A stretch of DNA of 64,000 nt from Chloropicon primus. Lineage: Eukaryota. Shown in pieces: positions 31,170-41,630 of this stretch. The stretch is from positions 558,001 to 622,000 of the forward strand of contig CP060763.1 in the NCBI GenBank assembly GCA_023205875.1. Direction: 5' to 3'. The position numbers and the translations under genes are program-made. The notes under the pieces were generated by a model. It worked only from the letters and a program-made list of their open reading frames with translations, did not search any database and was not told where the DNA came from. Position 1 is the first letter of the stretch. Every line of letters starts with the position of its first letter.

Positions 31170-33668
31170 CTAGGTGTTGTCGAGCTCATCCAACGAGGTC
31201 TTAGAGCTTGATGGAAGGAGTGCCATGGAATCCGACTGCCCCCGAAGTTGCTTGCGAACGAGGCGATAGTACAGGCCCTCCTTGGCATAGAGCTCCGAGT
31301 GGCTTCCCTGCTCCTCGAGCTTCCCGTCCTTGACCACGACAATTTTGCTGGCGCCCTGGATAGTGCTCAGTCTGTGGGCGACGATGACTACCGTCCTCTC
31401 CTGCTGCGCGATCATCTTGTCGATGGCCTCCTGAACCACCCCTTCGCTCTCCGCATCGAGGGCCGAGGTGGCCTCGTCCAGGAGAAGGATCGAGGGGTCT
31501 CTCACGACGGCCCTCGCGATCGCTATCCTCTGCTTCTGCCCACCGCTCAGCTGCATGCCCTTCTCGCCGCACTCGGTGTCGTAGCCATCCTGCAGCTCCT
31601 GGATAAAGTCGTGTGCGTTCGCGCACTTGGCCGCCGCAATCACTGCGTCCATCGTCGGCTTCTCGTCCCCCTCGAGGCCGTACATGATGTTTTCCTTAAT
31701 GGAGCAGGCAAAGAGCACCGGTTCCTGGCCCACCAGGGCCATCTTCCGGGCCAGCCACTTCCTGTCGTACCCGCTGATGTTGCAGCCGTCGAGGGAGACC
31801 TGCCCCTTCTCAGGCTCGTAGAGGCGCTCAATCAGTTTGATCAAAGAGCTTTTTCCGCTTCCACTAGGTCCGACCAGGGCAACAACCTCGCCAGGGCTGA
31901 TCTTCAAGCTGAAGTTGTCCAAGACGACGCTGTCCGGCCTCCCGGGGTAGCGGAACGAAATGTTCTCCAAATCGATCCTCCCCTTGAATTTGGGGGGCTG
32001 GAGCGAACCAGAGATCGTCATCTCGGGGGTCCTCGCAATCAGCTCAAAAACTTTATCCGCCGCACCCAGTGCCGCGCTGATGCCCGAGTAGATGTCTCCC
32101 AGATACTGGAAGGCGCTGCCAAGGGTCTGCTGGTACAGTATGAAGCTGTACAGGTCGTCCCCTTGCATTTTGTCGTGCAAGGCGAGGTACGTTCCGTACG
32201 CCAGCGTGGCCAGCATCGCGGCGTTGGGGCAGAAAATGGTCAAAGACGCGTAGATGGAGTAAGCCCCGGACTCCTTGGTCTGAAGCTTGAGGTACCTCTT
32301 GAGCTTGTCATTGTACGCGGAAGCGACAATGTCCTCCCCGGCCATCGACTTCACGGTCGACATGGAGGCCAAGGCCTCGTCCGCAACCCCGGAAGCATCC
32401 GCCAAGGCCGTCTGCGTCTCCTTGGTGATCCGTCGATAGAAGCGGCCGTAGATGTGCGCGACGAGTGCTGCTACGGGAACCATGGTGAACGACACCATCG
32501 TCAACTTCCAGGACGTCCACAGCATGATTCCGATGACGAACACGATCTGAACGAACGACCTCACGAGGATGTTGATGTTGAGGGAAACCTGGCTGGACAT
32601 CTGCGTCGTGTCCGTGTTAAGCCGACTGCTGAGCTCTCCCGTCCTCACAGTGTCGAAGTAGCCTTGCTCCAGGTGAAGCAAGGACTTGAGGAGACTCCTG
32701 CGAATCCTGGAATTGAGGCGGGCGCAGCTCAGAGTGAAGAGGCCTCCCCTGATGGAGGTGAAGACCGCGCAGGAGATCACGGCCACCAAGAGCTTGGACA
32801 GAGCCGCGTGAGCCTTCTTCGCATCTTTCTCGTGGGCTCCAAACATCACCACCTTCCCGATGTAGTAGCTGATGCTGACTGTTGCAAGCGACGCAATGCA
32901 GCCGCATGCAAAGGCCACGATCAAGATGTGACCATCCACCTTTGCAAAGTTGTACAAGGACGTCAGGGCGTTCCAGTCCCTCGCCCTCTTGTCCCTCTTC
33001 TCGCTGTCCTCCTTGACGCACTGCTCGTGCAGCTCGGGGCACCTCTTCTCGATGGAGTCCAGCCAAAAGGACCTGAATGACGCCAGCAGCTTGGTGGCGG
33101 TCAGGTACTCCTTCGCGGTCAGGAAGGCGGAAGCCACAAGGTCAAACAAGACCCAGGCCTCCAGACACTTGTCGAGGTGTGAGACCGTCCTCCTCTTGAA
33201 GATGCCGTAGATCCACCCCACGAACTTGGCGAAGAAGAACACGTAGCTCAAGCACGTCAGCAGAAACATCGCTGAACCCGCCGCGTCCGACACCGGCATC
33301 ACCGGCGCCCCGAACGAGCTCTTCAGCGTCCTTCTCCAGGCCGCGCCCACCGTCGCCAGCAGGAACACCGCCCTCGCGATGCTGCCCAGCCACAAATCCA
33401 TCGAGCTGTAGTTAAAGTCGTACACCCTGTCCCAAGTCTTGAATCGCGCCAGGTACTTGAGCCGGCTCCGTTCCGGAACCATGAACAAGCACGTCGTGAT
33501 CCCGATGTCCAAAAGAATGAACACGGTGAGACGCAGGAACCCTTTGGTCGTCGTCGCCTTCGTCGTCGTCTGGCATTTCTCCGCCTTCCCCGAGGACCCC
33601 TCGGGCTCCCCGGCGCAACGCGCCTCCGCCTCCGACCCCGGGAGGGAACGATAGTAGCCAGTTGCCAT
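31170..33668 (-). CDS. ABCB half-transporter, TAP-like
   Basis: TMD0 plus TMD; GPSGSGKS, LSGGQKQRIAIARA, LLDEATSALD. Confidence 0.93.
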   Translation of the reverse strand: MATGYYRSLPGSEAEARCAGEPEGSSGKAEKCQTTTKATTTKGFLRLTVFILLDIGITTCLFMVPERSRLKYLARFKTWDRVYDFNYSSMDLWLGSIARAVFLLATVGAAWRRTLKSSFGAPVMPVSDAAGSAMFLLTCLSYVFFFAKFVGWIYGIFKRRTVSHLDKCLEAWVLFDLVASAFLTAKEYLTATKLLASFRSFWLDSIEKRCPELHEQCVKEDSEKRDKRARDWNALTSLYNFAKVDGHILIVAFACGCIASLATVSISYYIGKVVMFGAHEKDAKKAHAALSKLLVAVISCAVFTSIRGGLFTLSCARLNSRIRRSLLKSLLHLEQGYFDTVRTGELSSRLNTDTTQMSSQVSLNINILVRSFVQIVFVIGIMLWTSWKLTMVSFTMVPVAALVAHIYGRFYRRITKETQTALADASGVADEALASMSTVKSMAGEDIVASAYNDKLKRYLKLQTKESGAYSIYASLTIFCPNAAMLATLAYGTYLALHDKMQGDDLYSFILYQQTLGSAFQYLGDIYSGISAALGAADKVFELIARTPEMTISGSLQPPKFKGRIDLENISFRYPGRPDSVVLDNFSLKISPGEVVALVGPSGSGKSSLIKLIERLYEPEKGQVSLDGCNISGYDRKWLARKMALVGQEPVLFACSIKENIMYGLEGDEKPTMDAVIAAAKCANAHDFIQELQDGYDTECGEKGMQLSGGQKQRIAIARAVVRDPSILLLDEATSALDAESEGVVQEAIDKMIAQQERTVVIVAHRLSTIQGASKIVVVKDGKLEEQGSHSELYAKEGLYYRLVRKQLRGQSDSMALLPSSSKTSLDELDNT

Positions 33669-33823
33669 CCTCCTCCTTCGCTTTCCTCCCTCCTCGGTCT
33701 CTCTGAGCCACACAGGACAGATCTCGATCGAGGAGGGAGGAAAGCGAACGAGCGAGTGTGGACTTGTGTGAACGCCGCCTATCCACGACGAGGACGAGGA
33801 CGAGGCCGAGGACGAAGACGAGA

Positions 33824-33865
<42 letters not shown>

Positions 33866-33943
33866 TTCTTTGACGAGGAGGAGGAGGAGGAGGAGGAGGA
33901 GGAGGAGGAGGACTATGGATAAGTGAAGAGAGAGTCTTTTGTG

Positions 33944-35377
33944 ATGGCGAAGAGTGGAAGGGCTGGACCTGGCCGTCGCGAGAGGAGGCACGGGGAGGGG
34001 GGGAACTACAACAGAGGGGGGGGAGGACGAGGTCGGCGAAGGCTTGAGCGGAATGACCAGAACCGGAGGAATCGGAACCGGGATAACCGGAATCAAAGGG
34101 GAAGGGAATTCGGTTCGGTGAGGTTCCCGAAAGATGTTTTCTTTGCCACATGCCACCCGGGGCTGGAACATGTCGTCGCGAAGGAGCTCCTCAATCTCGA
34201 GGGGGTTCACAACGTAGTCGAGGGGAGGGCGGGCGTGAACTTTTGCGGCGACAGTTCAAGCAGGTACTCGGCAAATCTGAACCTGAGGTCGTCGGTGAGA
34301 GTGCTGGAGCTTATCGCGGAGGGTGAGCTGGACGTCAGCGCCGGGGCGGGCAACTCGGTCTACAACTTTGCCAGGCAAATCGACTGGCCGCGTTACATCG
34401 AGAGGGGATCCACGTTCAAGGTGAAGAGCGTGGTCTACGACAACACCGAGGTCACCAACAGCTTGCTGGTGTCGAAGCGGACGAGGGACGCAGTCTGCGA
34501 CACTTTGAGGGATGACTCTGGATTCCGGCCCGAGGATCCGAGGGATCGCGCCCCCGATGTTCCGCTCCAGGTGGTGATATACCGAGACTTTGCACGCGTC
34601 TACCTCGACACGAGCGGCGAGAGCCTGCACAAGCGAGGGTAAGGTCGCCGCACTCTTATCTGTGCGTGTGTTTTGTTCTGGCGAGAGACTTACCTCTTTC
34701 TCTTCCCCTTCACCCTTCTCAGGTACAGGACGATAAACCACAAGGCGTCTCTGAACGAGGCAGCCGCTGCGGGCCTCCTCCAGATTGCTGGCGTCGGACC
34801 CACCGCGTCAATCATGGATCCCATGTGCGGGAGCGGCACCTTCCTCATCGAGGCGGCGTTGGTGATGACCCGAACCGCTCCGGGCATCTATCGCGAGCGT
34901 TGGCCCTTCGAGCGCTGGCCGGACTTCTCGGAGGAGCAGTGGGAGACGGCGATCGCAAAGGCTGAGGATCTGATCCTCGATCCCGAGACCGTTCTCGCGA
35001 GGGGCGGAATGTGCCTTGGGAACGACATCCACCCTTCCGCCCTCGCCCTCGCCAAGGCTGACGCCAGGAAGGCGTCTCTCTCCGGTTTGATCTCGTTCAA
35101 CCAAGGGAGCTGCGAGTCCTGGCGGCCTGCCGGGGTCTCGCAGCCCGATCTCGTGATCACGAATCCACCTTGGGGGGAGAGGCTGAACGACGACAACCTC
35201 GCCCACTCCTGGAGGGAGCTTGGGAACTTCCTCAAAATGGAGTGCTCGGGCGCAGATGCCTACGTGTTGTCCGGTTCTAGAACATTGACCCAACACCTTC
35301 GCTTAGCGGCAAAGAGAAAGCACAAAGTCACCCTGGGTGGCATCGATTGCAGACTCTTGCAGTATCAAATCTTTTGA
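33944..35377 (+). CDS. THUMP-domain rRNA m2G methyltransferase (RlmL-like); intron 34639-34722
   Basis: FFATCHPGLE, SGESLHKRG|YR, DPMCGSGTFLIEAA, NPPWGERL. Confidence 0.9.
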
Positions 35378-35857
35378 TGCCAGGCACCACCACCACAAGC
35401 CGACTTGTATTACAACTTCCTATAACTTCCTATTCTCCTTATTCATGTCCATCGAGATGGCAAGTCATCGAGGAAGAAGAGAAGATTGCGGTGCGTTGAA
35501 GTTGCGACCCGAAGCCCCCCTCAGTCCCCTCTACACCTCCCCGTGTCCACCATCATGTCCCACCATCTCTCGTCCCTCCCTCGGGCTCGGGAATTGCCAA
35601 CTTTCCTGTCAACCCCGCCAGCCTGTGTGACCTTTGGCGCGTACACAAAGCAAGACGGCTCGCGCGCCACGGACTGGGTCCAGCCAGTGACGAAGGGTCA
35701 CGAAGAACCTGCCTTCCGCGCAACTTTATAAAAGGGCGTTCCTCTGCATTGGGAAACGTGATCCTTCGACGCGCTTGAACCTTCTCCGTCACTCCGTTCA
35801 CGCGTGGAGACGAGGTCGCTTGGTTGGGTCTCGTTGCAAAAAGCTACGACGACCAAG

Positions 35858-35967
35858 ATGATGCCTGGGGCGAGTCCACAGCCAACTTCGCCCGTATCTC
35901 CTGGTGGAGAGCGAAGGTAAGAGGATCAAGGACTCCTGATTGCTGAGAGCTCAAGGACTCCGGATCG

Positions 35968-36041
<74 letters not shown>

Positions 36042-36910
36042 TGGTCACTTTTTAGGGCGTACAGGAACGACAGGACGTACGACTTGTCCGCGCAAATATT
36101 TTGGAAGACCTATGAGGTGAGCTTCTCCTTATGACTTCTCTCTGTGACGATCTTGCCAACACGCTGACCTCTCTCTCTCCTCTCTCTCTCTCTCTGTCGT
36201 TCGGGTTCGATTCAGTCTCCCTCGGAGACGAGCCACGACTATATGTTCGAGAACACGGACAGCTTGGCGTTTACAGAGAGGGGGGAGGCGCTGGTGCACG
36301 TCACGAGCTTCGGGCTGATGCTCCAATCGTTAGAGAACGGCGTAGAGTCCAACTTCTTCCAGCTGTATTCTATTTCGAGGTTTCACGTCATCGGGACGGC
36401 CTTCGTCTTCGAGGCCCTGGACCAGGACACCGGCTTCCTGAACGTCCACATCCTTGACGGCAGCTACATCACGGCCAAAAGCATCGAGACGGGACTCTCT
36501 GTTGCGATTCAGCAGAAGATGGAGTCGATGGATATGAAGCCGAAGAAGCAGTACAGTGACAACGCGTACGCGGAGCCCGTGGGGGGCTACAGCAACGCCA
36601 TGCCAGTGAACAACTACAACTACAACAGCAACAGGAAGACGTCGTTCTTTTCCGATGTGGGATCGCCGCCGCCTCGGCAAGGTAAGGGATAGACGAAGCA
36701 GGAGGGGGAGACGGTTTCCACATCGTGAATTACAAACAACGCCCGCGGGCTTGCATTACTGACTTGAACCGAACTCCGTTTCGTTCCGCGTGGCGTGCAC
36801 CAGGTGTCATGGACTACATGTCGCAAGGTATCCAAGCGTTGGGGGATTTGTTCAAGCCCGCACGAAGGAGGTCGAGCGGCGCCGGCCGCACCAGGCAAAT
36901 CAGCATCTAA
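35858..36910 (+). CDS. Hypothetical 230-aa protein with a possible PH/PTB-like core; exons 35858-35916, 36056-36116, 36216-36681, 36804-36910
   Basis: Three GT-AG introns with CTGAC branch points. All phases are compatible and give one continuous frame. Confidence 0.7.
35972..36037. repeat. (CT)n microsatellite in an intron; similar GA/CT tracts occur near 2351, 33823, 45445, 45595 and 52518
   Basis: Perfect dinucleotide run visible in the sequence. Confidence 0.95.
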
Positions 36911-36926
36911 AGAGACCCAAAGGAAC

Positions 36927-38060
36927 CTAGCTGAGAAAGAGGCCCAGGGACAGGAGCAGCACAAAGTTTCTGTGCCACTTGACCGCCAAGAATTTTGCCG
37001 GTTTGATGACATTCTTGTTCGCGTGGTTCTCCAGAACGAACCTGCACAGCTGGGACGCGCTGGAGAAGCTCAGGAGGACGATGGCGGTGGTCCTGGGCAT
37101 CACCCCGGCGACGAGGCATGCCGTGTAAATGCCGTACACGAGCGCCACGACGGCCACGACGGCCCTGGAGACCGCTTTGGTTCCAAACCTCACGCACGGC
37201 GACATCTTCCCGGTCCTGCGGTCGGTGTCGATCTGGTGGTAGTGGCTATTGAGGAGTATGTTGGACGTCGTGAGCCCAAGGAGCACGGACGCCCCCAGGG
37301 CCACGCCTTGGCCTCGAAGAGCCGCGAACTTTGTCCCAGACTGCAGGAGGTAGAAGGCGTTGGTCGCGAGGGGTCCAAAAGCGAAGAAGCAGAGGATCTC
37401 GCCGACTCCCTTGTAACTCAATCGAAAGGGAGGGCCCTGGTAGATGTAACCTATTGAGACCGAACCCAAAAGCATCGCCCCTGCGATTGCTTGGCTGCTC
37501 TGTAACACGACGAGTGCGAATATGCCGATCCCCGCCGCGAGCAAGGCGGTGGCGGCCCAGAACAACTTCTCCTTCTCCCCCGTCCTGTTCACGACGGACT
37601 CTGCCTTCTCCACGTCCGCGCCCGTCTCCGAGTCGAACACGTCGTTCGTGAGGTTGAGCCAAACGATCACGAGGACGCCGGCCAGGCCCTGGAGCAGAAA
37701 GTTGGAGAGGAGAACCTCCTTCTTCACCGCGAAGGCGACCGAGGTGGCCAGGATCAGGGGCAGGCAAGCGATGTTGAAGGCCAGGGGCGACACGAAGAAG
37801 GACGCGATCACCGGGATCACGGGCTCCGGGTCAGAACGAGAGGAGGGCGACGCCGAGGACGACGACGGGGAGGACCACGGAAGCGCCCCCGCGCGCCGGT
37901 TCGTGGCCTCCTGCCTCCGAGTTCCCTCTGTCGGCCGCCCGCAGCGTTGCTGGCAACGGAGTGGGCGAGCGGGACTTCGCTTCACCGACTCCCGCGTCGA
38001 CTGCCTTCCGCTGACCCACGACGCCCGTCGCCCACCGCTCCCCCTCCACGTCAACTCCAT
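36927..38060 (-). CDS. menA: 1,4-dihydroxy-2-naphthoate phytyltransferase (phylloquinone synthesis)
   Basis: WLNLTNDVFDSETGAD, YIYQGPPFRLSYKGVGE, SHYHQIDTDRRTGKMSP. Confidence 0.93.
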   Translation of the reverse strand: MELTWRGSGGRRASWVSGRQSTRESVKRSPARPLRCQQRCGRPTEGTRRQEATNRRAGALPWSSPSSSSASPSSRSDPEPVIPVIASFFVSPLAFNIACLPLILATSVAFAVKKEVLLSNFLLQGLAGVLVIVWLNLTNDVFDSETGADVEKAESVVNRTGEKEKLFWAATALLAAGIGIFALVVLQSSQAIAGAMLLGSVSIGYIYQGPPFRLSYKGVGEILCFFAFGPLATNAFYLLQSGTKFAALRGQGVALGASVLLGLTTSNILLNSHYHQIDTDRRTGKMSPCVRFGTKAVSRAVVAVVALVYGIYTACLVAGVMPRTTAIVLLSFSSASQLCRFVLENHANKNVIKPAKFLAVKWHRNFVLLLSLGLFLS

Positions 38061-38397
38061 CGCGCACCACCGGATGATGACGGCCACCACCCACCTGTCC
38101 CCTCAAAAGATGATGATGAGCAACAAGTTGAAGATTGAAGATTGAAATTGAAGAAGAAGATGCAGCAGCAGCAGCAGCAACGACGACGACGACTACGACG
38201 GCGGCGGCGGCGTGCACGACGGACGAAGAGATTCTCTCTCGTTCGCCTGGTTTGGTGCACGGCGGAGGAGCACGGCGACGACAGGTGCTTTGGATGAGAT
38301 TATTACACCCTTTTCATCACCTATCAATAAGGGTGATTATATTTTATTTAGTCTCAAAAGCGCCTCGCTAATCTTGGATTCCGGTTTTGTTCTTCTC

Positions 38398-38594
38398 CCA
38401 CAAGACGGAAAAGGTGGCCAACAGGCCACAAGAGGCCACAAGACGGAAAAGGTGGCCAACAGGCCACAAGAGGCCACAAGACGGAAAAGGTGGCCAACAG
38501 GCAACAAGAGGCCACAAGACGGAAAAGGTGGCCAACAGGCAACAAGAGGCCACAAGACGGAAAAGGTGGCTAATAGGCAACAAGAGGCCACAAG
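38398..38594 (+). repeat. 38-bp minisatellite, about 5.2 copies
   Basis: Unit CCACAAGACGGAAAAGGTGGCCAACAGGCMACAAGAGG, head-to-tail with no spacers. Confidence 0.97.
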
Positions 38595-38667
38595 TCTCTT
38601 CCTTTTTGCCGAGGATGGAGTAAAGAATGGAGAGGTTGTGTGGACGACGACCCTTGCCATCATCATC

Positions 38668-39978
38668 ATGGTGACGACGAAGCAGCTGAGGGACGCGAGG
38701 GAGACGGTGGTGACCCTGAGGACGGCCCTGGACGAAGGCCTTATCGACATCAAGGAGTACAAGGAGGCCCAAAAAAGTTATCAGGAGTTACGGGCCAGGT
38801 ACCTGGAAATCGACTTCATCGAGAAGTCCGTTTCGTCCTCGAAGATAAGGATTATGATGGGGGAAGACTGCGGGACCACTGGAAGCTGGCTGTCCACCGG
38901 GGAGAAGAAGGTGTCCTGGGGGAGGGAGTGCAGCTTTGAGAAAGATTCGGCCAGCAACAACGGAGGGCACCCACAAGGTCGAGGAAAGAGGTGCAGGGAA
39001 ACGGAGCCCGCTTGGCTGCAGTCAACCGGTTACGCGTCCAACCGGTCAGGAAGGAGTGGTACCACGACCGACCGACCCTGCGAGACGGTTCACCAGTTCA
39101 CCAGCAGGCCGAGGACGGGGCTTCCACGGCGGTCCCCCTCGCCGGGGAACGACTGGTACAACGCGTGGCTCCAAGTTTTCGTGCGACTCAATAAGGTGGA
39201 CCAAATCGCTTTTGCCATGACTTGCAAGGGCTTCCGCAAGGTGCAGGCGCACGCCACTCGCAGCTCCAAGATCATTACCAGGCTTGACTTTTACAAGCAG
39301 ATGGAGCTCCCAAACTTCAGTCGGGATTGGTACGCCTGGGCTTACAACGACATGAAGCCAAGTGACAGTTTTGAGGAGTACAAGTCTTTCGACAAGTCAC
39401 TGGAGGGCAAGGGGGGAAACCTCTTCGACCACGACCTGATGGCCCTGGCCGCGCTTCAGGGCTCCCTGGACCGCGTCATGCTCCTGAGAAGCTTGGGTTG
39501 CTCGTGGAGCAAGCAGACCTGCGCCTGTGCGGGTCTTGGAGGCTACTTGGACGTTCTGATGTGGGTGAGAAGCATGGGATGCCCTTGGGACGAGTTGACC
39601 CACGCGAACGCCGCTTTTGGGGGGCACCTGAACATCTTGAAGTGGGCGTGGTCCCAGGGGCTCAAGCTTTCTTCGTTGACTTGCTCGTGTGCGGCGCGGG
39701 CCGGTCGCTTGGACATTGTGAAATGGGCACTGAGCGAGGGGTGCAGGTGGGATGCGATCACTCTCGCGAACGCGGCTTATGGGGGGCACCTGGACATCTT
39801 GAAGTGGGCTCAAAGTCTGACTCCTTCGATTCCTGACGCGCATAAGATCATCCACGGCTGCGCGACCCGGGGAGGTCACGAGGCTGTGATAGAGTGGGCG
39901 AACCAGTGCCGGAGAGCAGAAGGAAAGCAAAAGCAGAATGTACAACTGAAGGAAAGGCTTCATCCGCTAGAAGTGTGA
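38668..39978 (+). CDS. SHOCT-like, F-box-like and ankyrin-repeat protein
   Basis: N-terminal LRTALDEGLIDIKEYKEAQ; DQIAFAMTCKGFR; repeats GCPWDELTHANAAFGGHLNILKWA. Same family as 12507..13244. Confidence 0.8.
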   Translation: MVTTKQLRDARETVVTLRTALDEGLIDIKEYKEAQKSYQELRARYLEIDFIEKSVSSSKIRIMMGEDCGTTGSWLSTGEKKVSWGRECSFEKDSASNNGGHPQGRGKRCRETEPAWLQSTGYASNRSGRSGTTTDRPCETVHQFTSRPRTGLPRRSPSPGNDWYNAWLQVFVRLNKVDQIAFAMTCKGFRKVQAHATRSSKIITRLDFYKQMELPNFSRDWYAWAYNDMKPSDSFEEYKSFDKSLEGKGGNLFDHDLMALAALQGSLDRVMLLRSLGCSWSKQTCACAGLGGYLDVLMWVRSMGCPWDELTHANAAFGGHLNILKWAWSQGLKLSSLTCSCAARAGRLDIVKWALSEGCRWDAITLANAAYGGHLDILKWAQSLTPSIPDAHKIIHGCATRGGHEAVIEWANQCRRAEGKQKQNVQLKERLHPLEV

Positions 39979-40052
39979 AGAATTGTTGTTCCCAATAGAG
40001 TATGATAGAGTAATGATAATATTGCGTCTTCTAATCTATGAAACAATTGCAG

Positions 40053-41309
40053 TCAATCGCCATAAATGCATACCTTCCCCTTGCTTCCCGAGGCCATGAG
40101 AAGTCGGTAAGTGAAGTGCTCCGCGACGATGATGTGGTCCGTCTTCACGGTGTGCTTCCTCTTGAAGTACTTGCCTCCCCCGGTGGAGAATCCATAGATG
40201 TCCAGCCTCGTGCAAACGCCCAGCCTCACCATCTCAACCATCGCCATGACCCGGAGAAAGCCGCCGGTGGGATGGACGCCTTTCTTCTTCGGCTTCTTGA
40301 CCTTCTTGAAGATCTCGTAGATCTGCGACGCGTCCCTTCTCCACGGCGACTTTGCGCTCCCGTAAAGAAGAGGTGGAACCTTGCCCTTCATGAGATTGGG
40401 GTCCAAGTCCTTCGGTGGCCGCTTCGGATACATGTGGTACATCGTCGGCATCCGGTCGGGCTTGTGTGGCCCGATTCTGTAGTTGAACTGCGAAACCACC
40501 AGGCGTTACATAGAACGAGGCGAGGACAAAAGAGTCAGAAAGGAATGGGAAATGGTGAACTCCTGCGTTAATTTTTTTGTGCATGCATTCCTTACCTTAT
40601 CGAACATTCCGCTCACTTTCGTGCCCACTGCCTTCGCGTAAGGTTTGGTGATCACGTTATACCGGGCGACGAAGTCGTGTTCATCGATTTCCTTTCCGTA
40701 CTGACCCTTGATCATGTTGTCACCGTTGCCCACGATGGCGCAAGAGCCCCAGGATCCTGGCTTCAAGTCAGGAAACCTCATAATTTTCTCCTCCTCCGTC
40801 AGCTTTGAGCTCGGGTCAAAGTACCTGTGGAAATACGGGAGCCTCCTGTCGCCCGTGTGCTTGATCGAGCTCTCGTTCGCGCACTTTCGACTCAGAATGA
40901 TGCAGTCCCTGTCCTTTGCAGCAAGCTGCAGGACTTGCTTCGCGTAGTTTTCCGGGAGGGGACTCTTCCTTGGGGCTTTCGCTGGCTTCACCGTCATCCC
41001 ACCCGGGGACGTGAAGCAGTACTGCGGCGGATCCAGGCTTCCATCCCAGTCCTGAACCAGGCGCCTCTCCCCCGAAACCCAGGACAAAGCCCTCCTCCTC
41101 TCCGAACGCAGTGCTGCGACTTGAGCTGTGTCGTTCCTCCCAGAGTTCTCGCCTACGACTCTCCTCTTGTTCCCTCCACGTGGGGAGGAGCAAGACGCCA
41201 GCCCGACCGTGCAAAGGAAGCACAACACGAGGGCAACATGTCCGAGGTGATGGTGAGGGAAGAACCTCCTTCCCCTCATCCAACCTCTCCTCCAAGCCAC
41301 CAGCACCAT
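40053..41309 (-). CDS. GT29 sialyltransferase-like protein; intron 40595-40488
   Basis: Motif L SCAIVGNG..GKEIDEHDFVARYN, motif S PTGG..CTRLDIYGF, motif VS HIIVAE. Confidence 0.88.
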
Positions 41310-41630
41310 CTTGGTCTCTGCCTTGCTCTCTTGTCCATGGGATCCCCACCCCATGAGCAAAATGAAGTGTAAATACGGTTACACCGAGAAGCCCTTTCGG
41401 TTCGAGCGAGAAAGCGCGGGAAGGCGTGAGCGGCGAGAGGTGAGTGTTCTAGCGAATGCTTTGGGCGGCGACCGAGGTCGTCACGGGGGAGGAGAGCTTT
41501 GAAGGTGGAAGCATCTTTGCGCGGTGTTTGAAACGAGACCTCCCTTGGGGAGAATGGTTGAGTAACGAGGATTTGGTGGGCTGAAACGTCGTTCTGTCTT
41601 CTCTGCTAACAGGAGGAGGGAGGGGGGAGC

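Noticed and set aside
33669..34151. Apparent head-to-head overlap of the ABCB ORF with the RlmL-like ORF
   Set aside because: The extension translates microsatellites (poly-P, ERER); the plausible starts 33668 and 33944 do not overlap.
38398..38594. 38-bp repeats as a CRISPR array
   Set aside because: The units are contiguous with no unique spacers, there are no cas genes, and the context is eukaryotic.
38212..38667. N-terminal extension of the ankyrin ORF through the minisatellite
   Set aside because: It needs a GTG start, and the repeat unit is not a multiple of 3. ATG 38668 is the first in-frame ATG.
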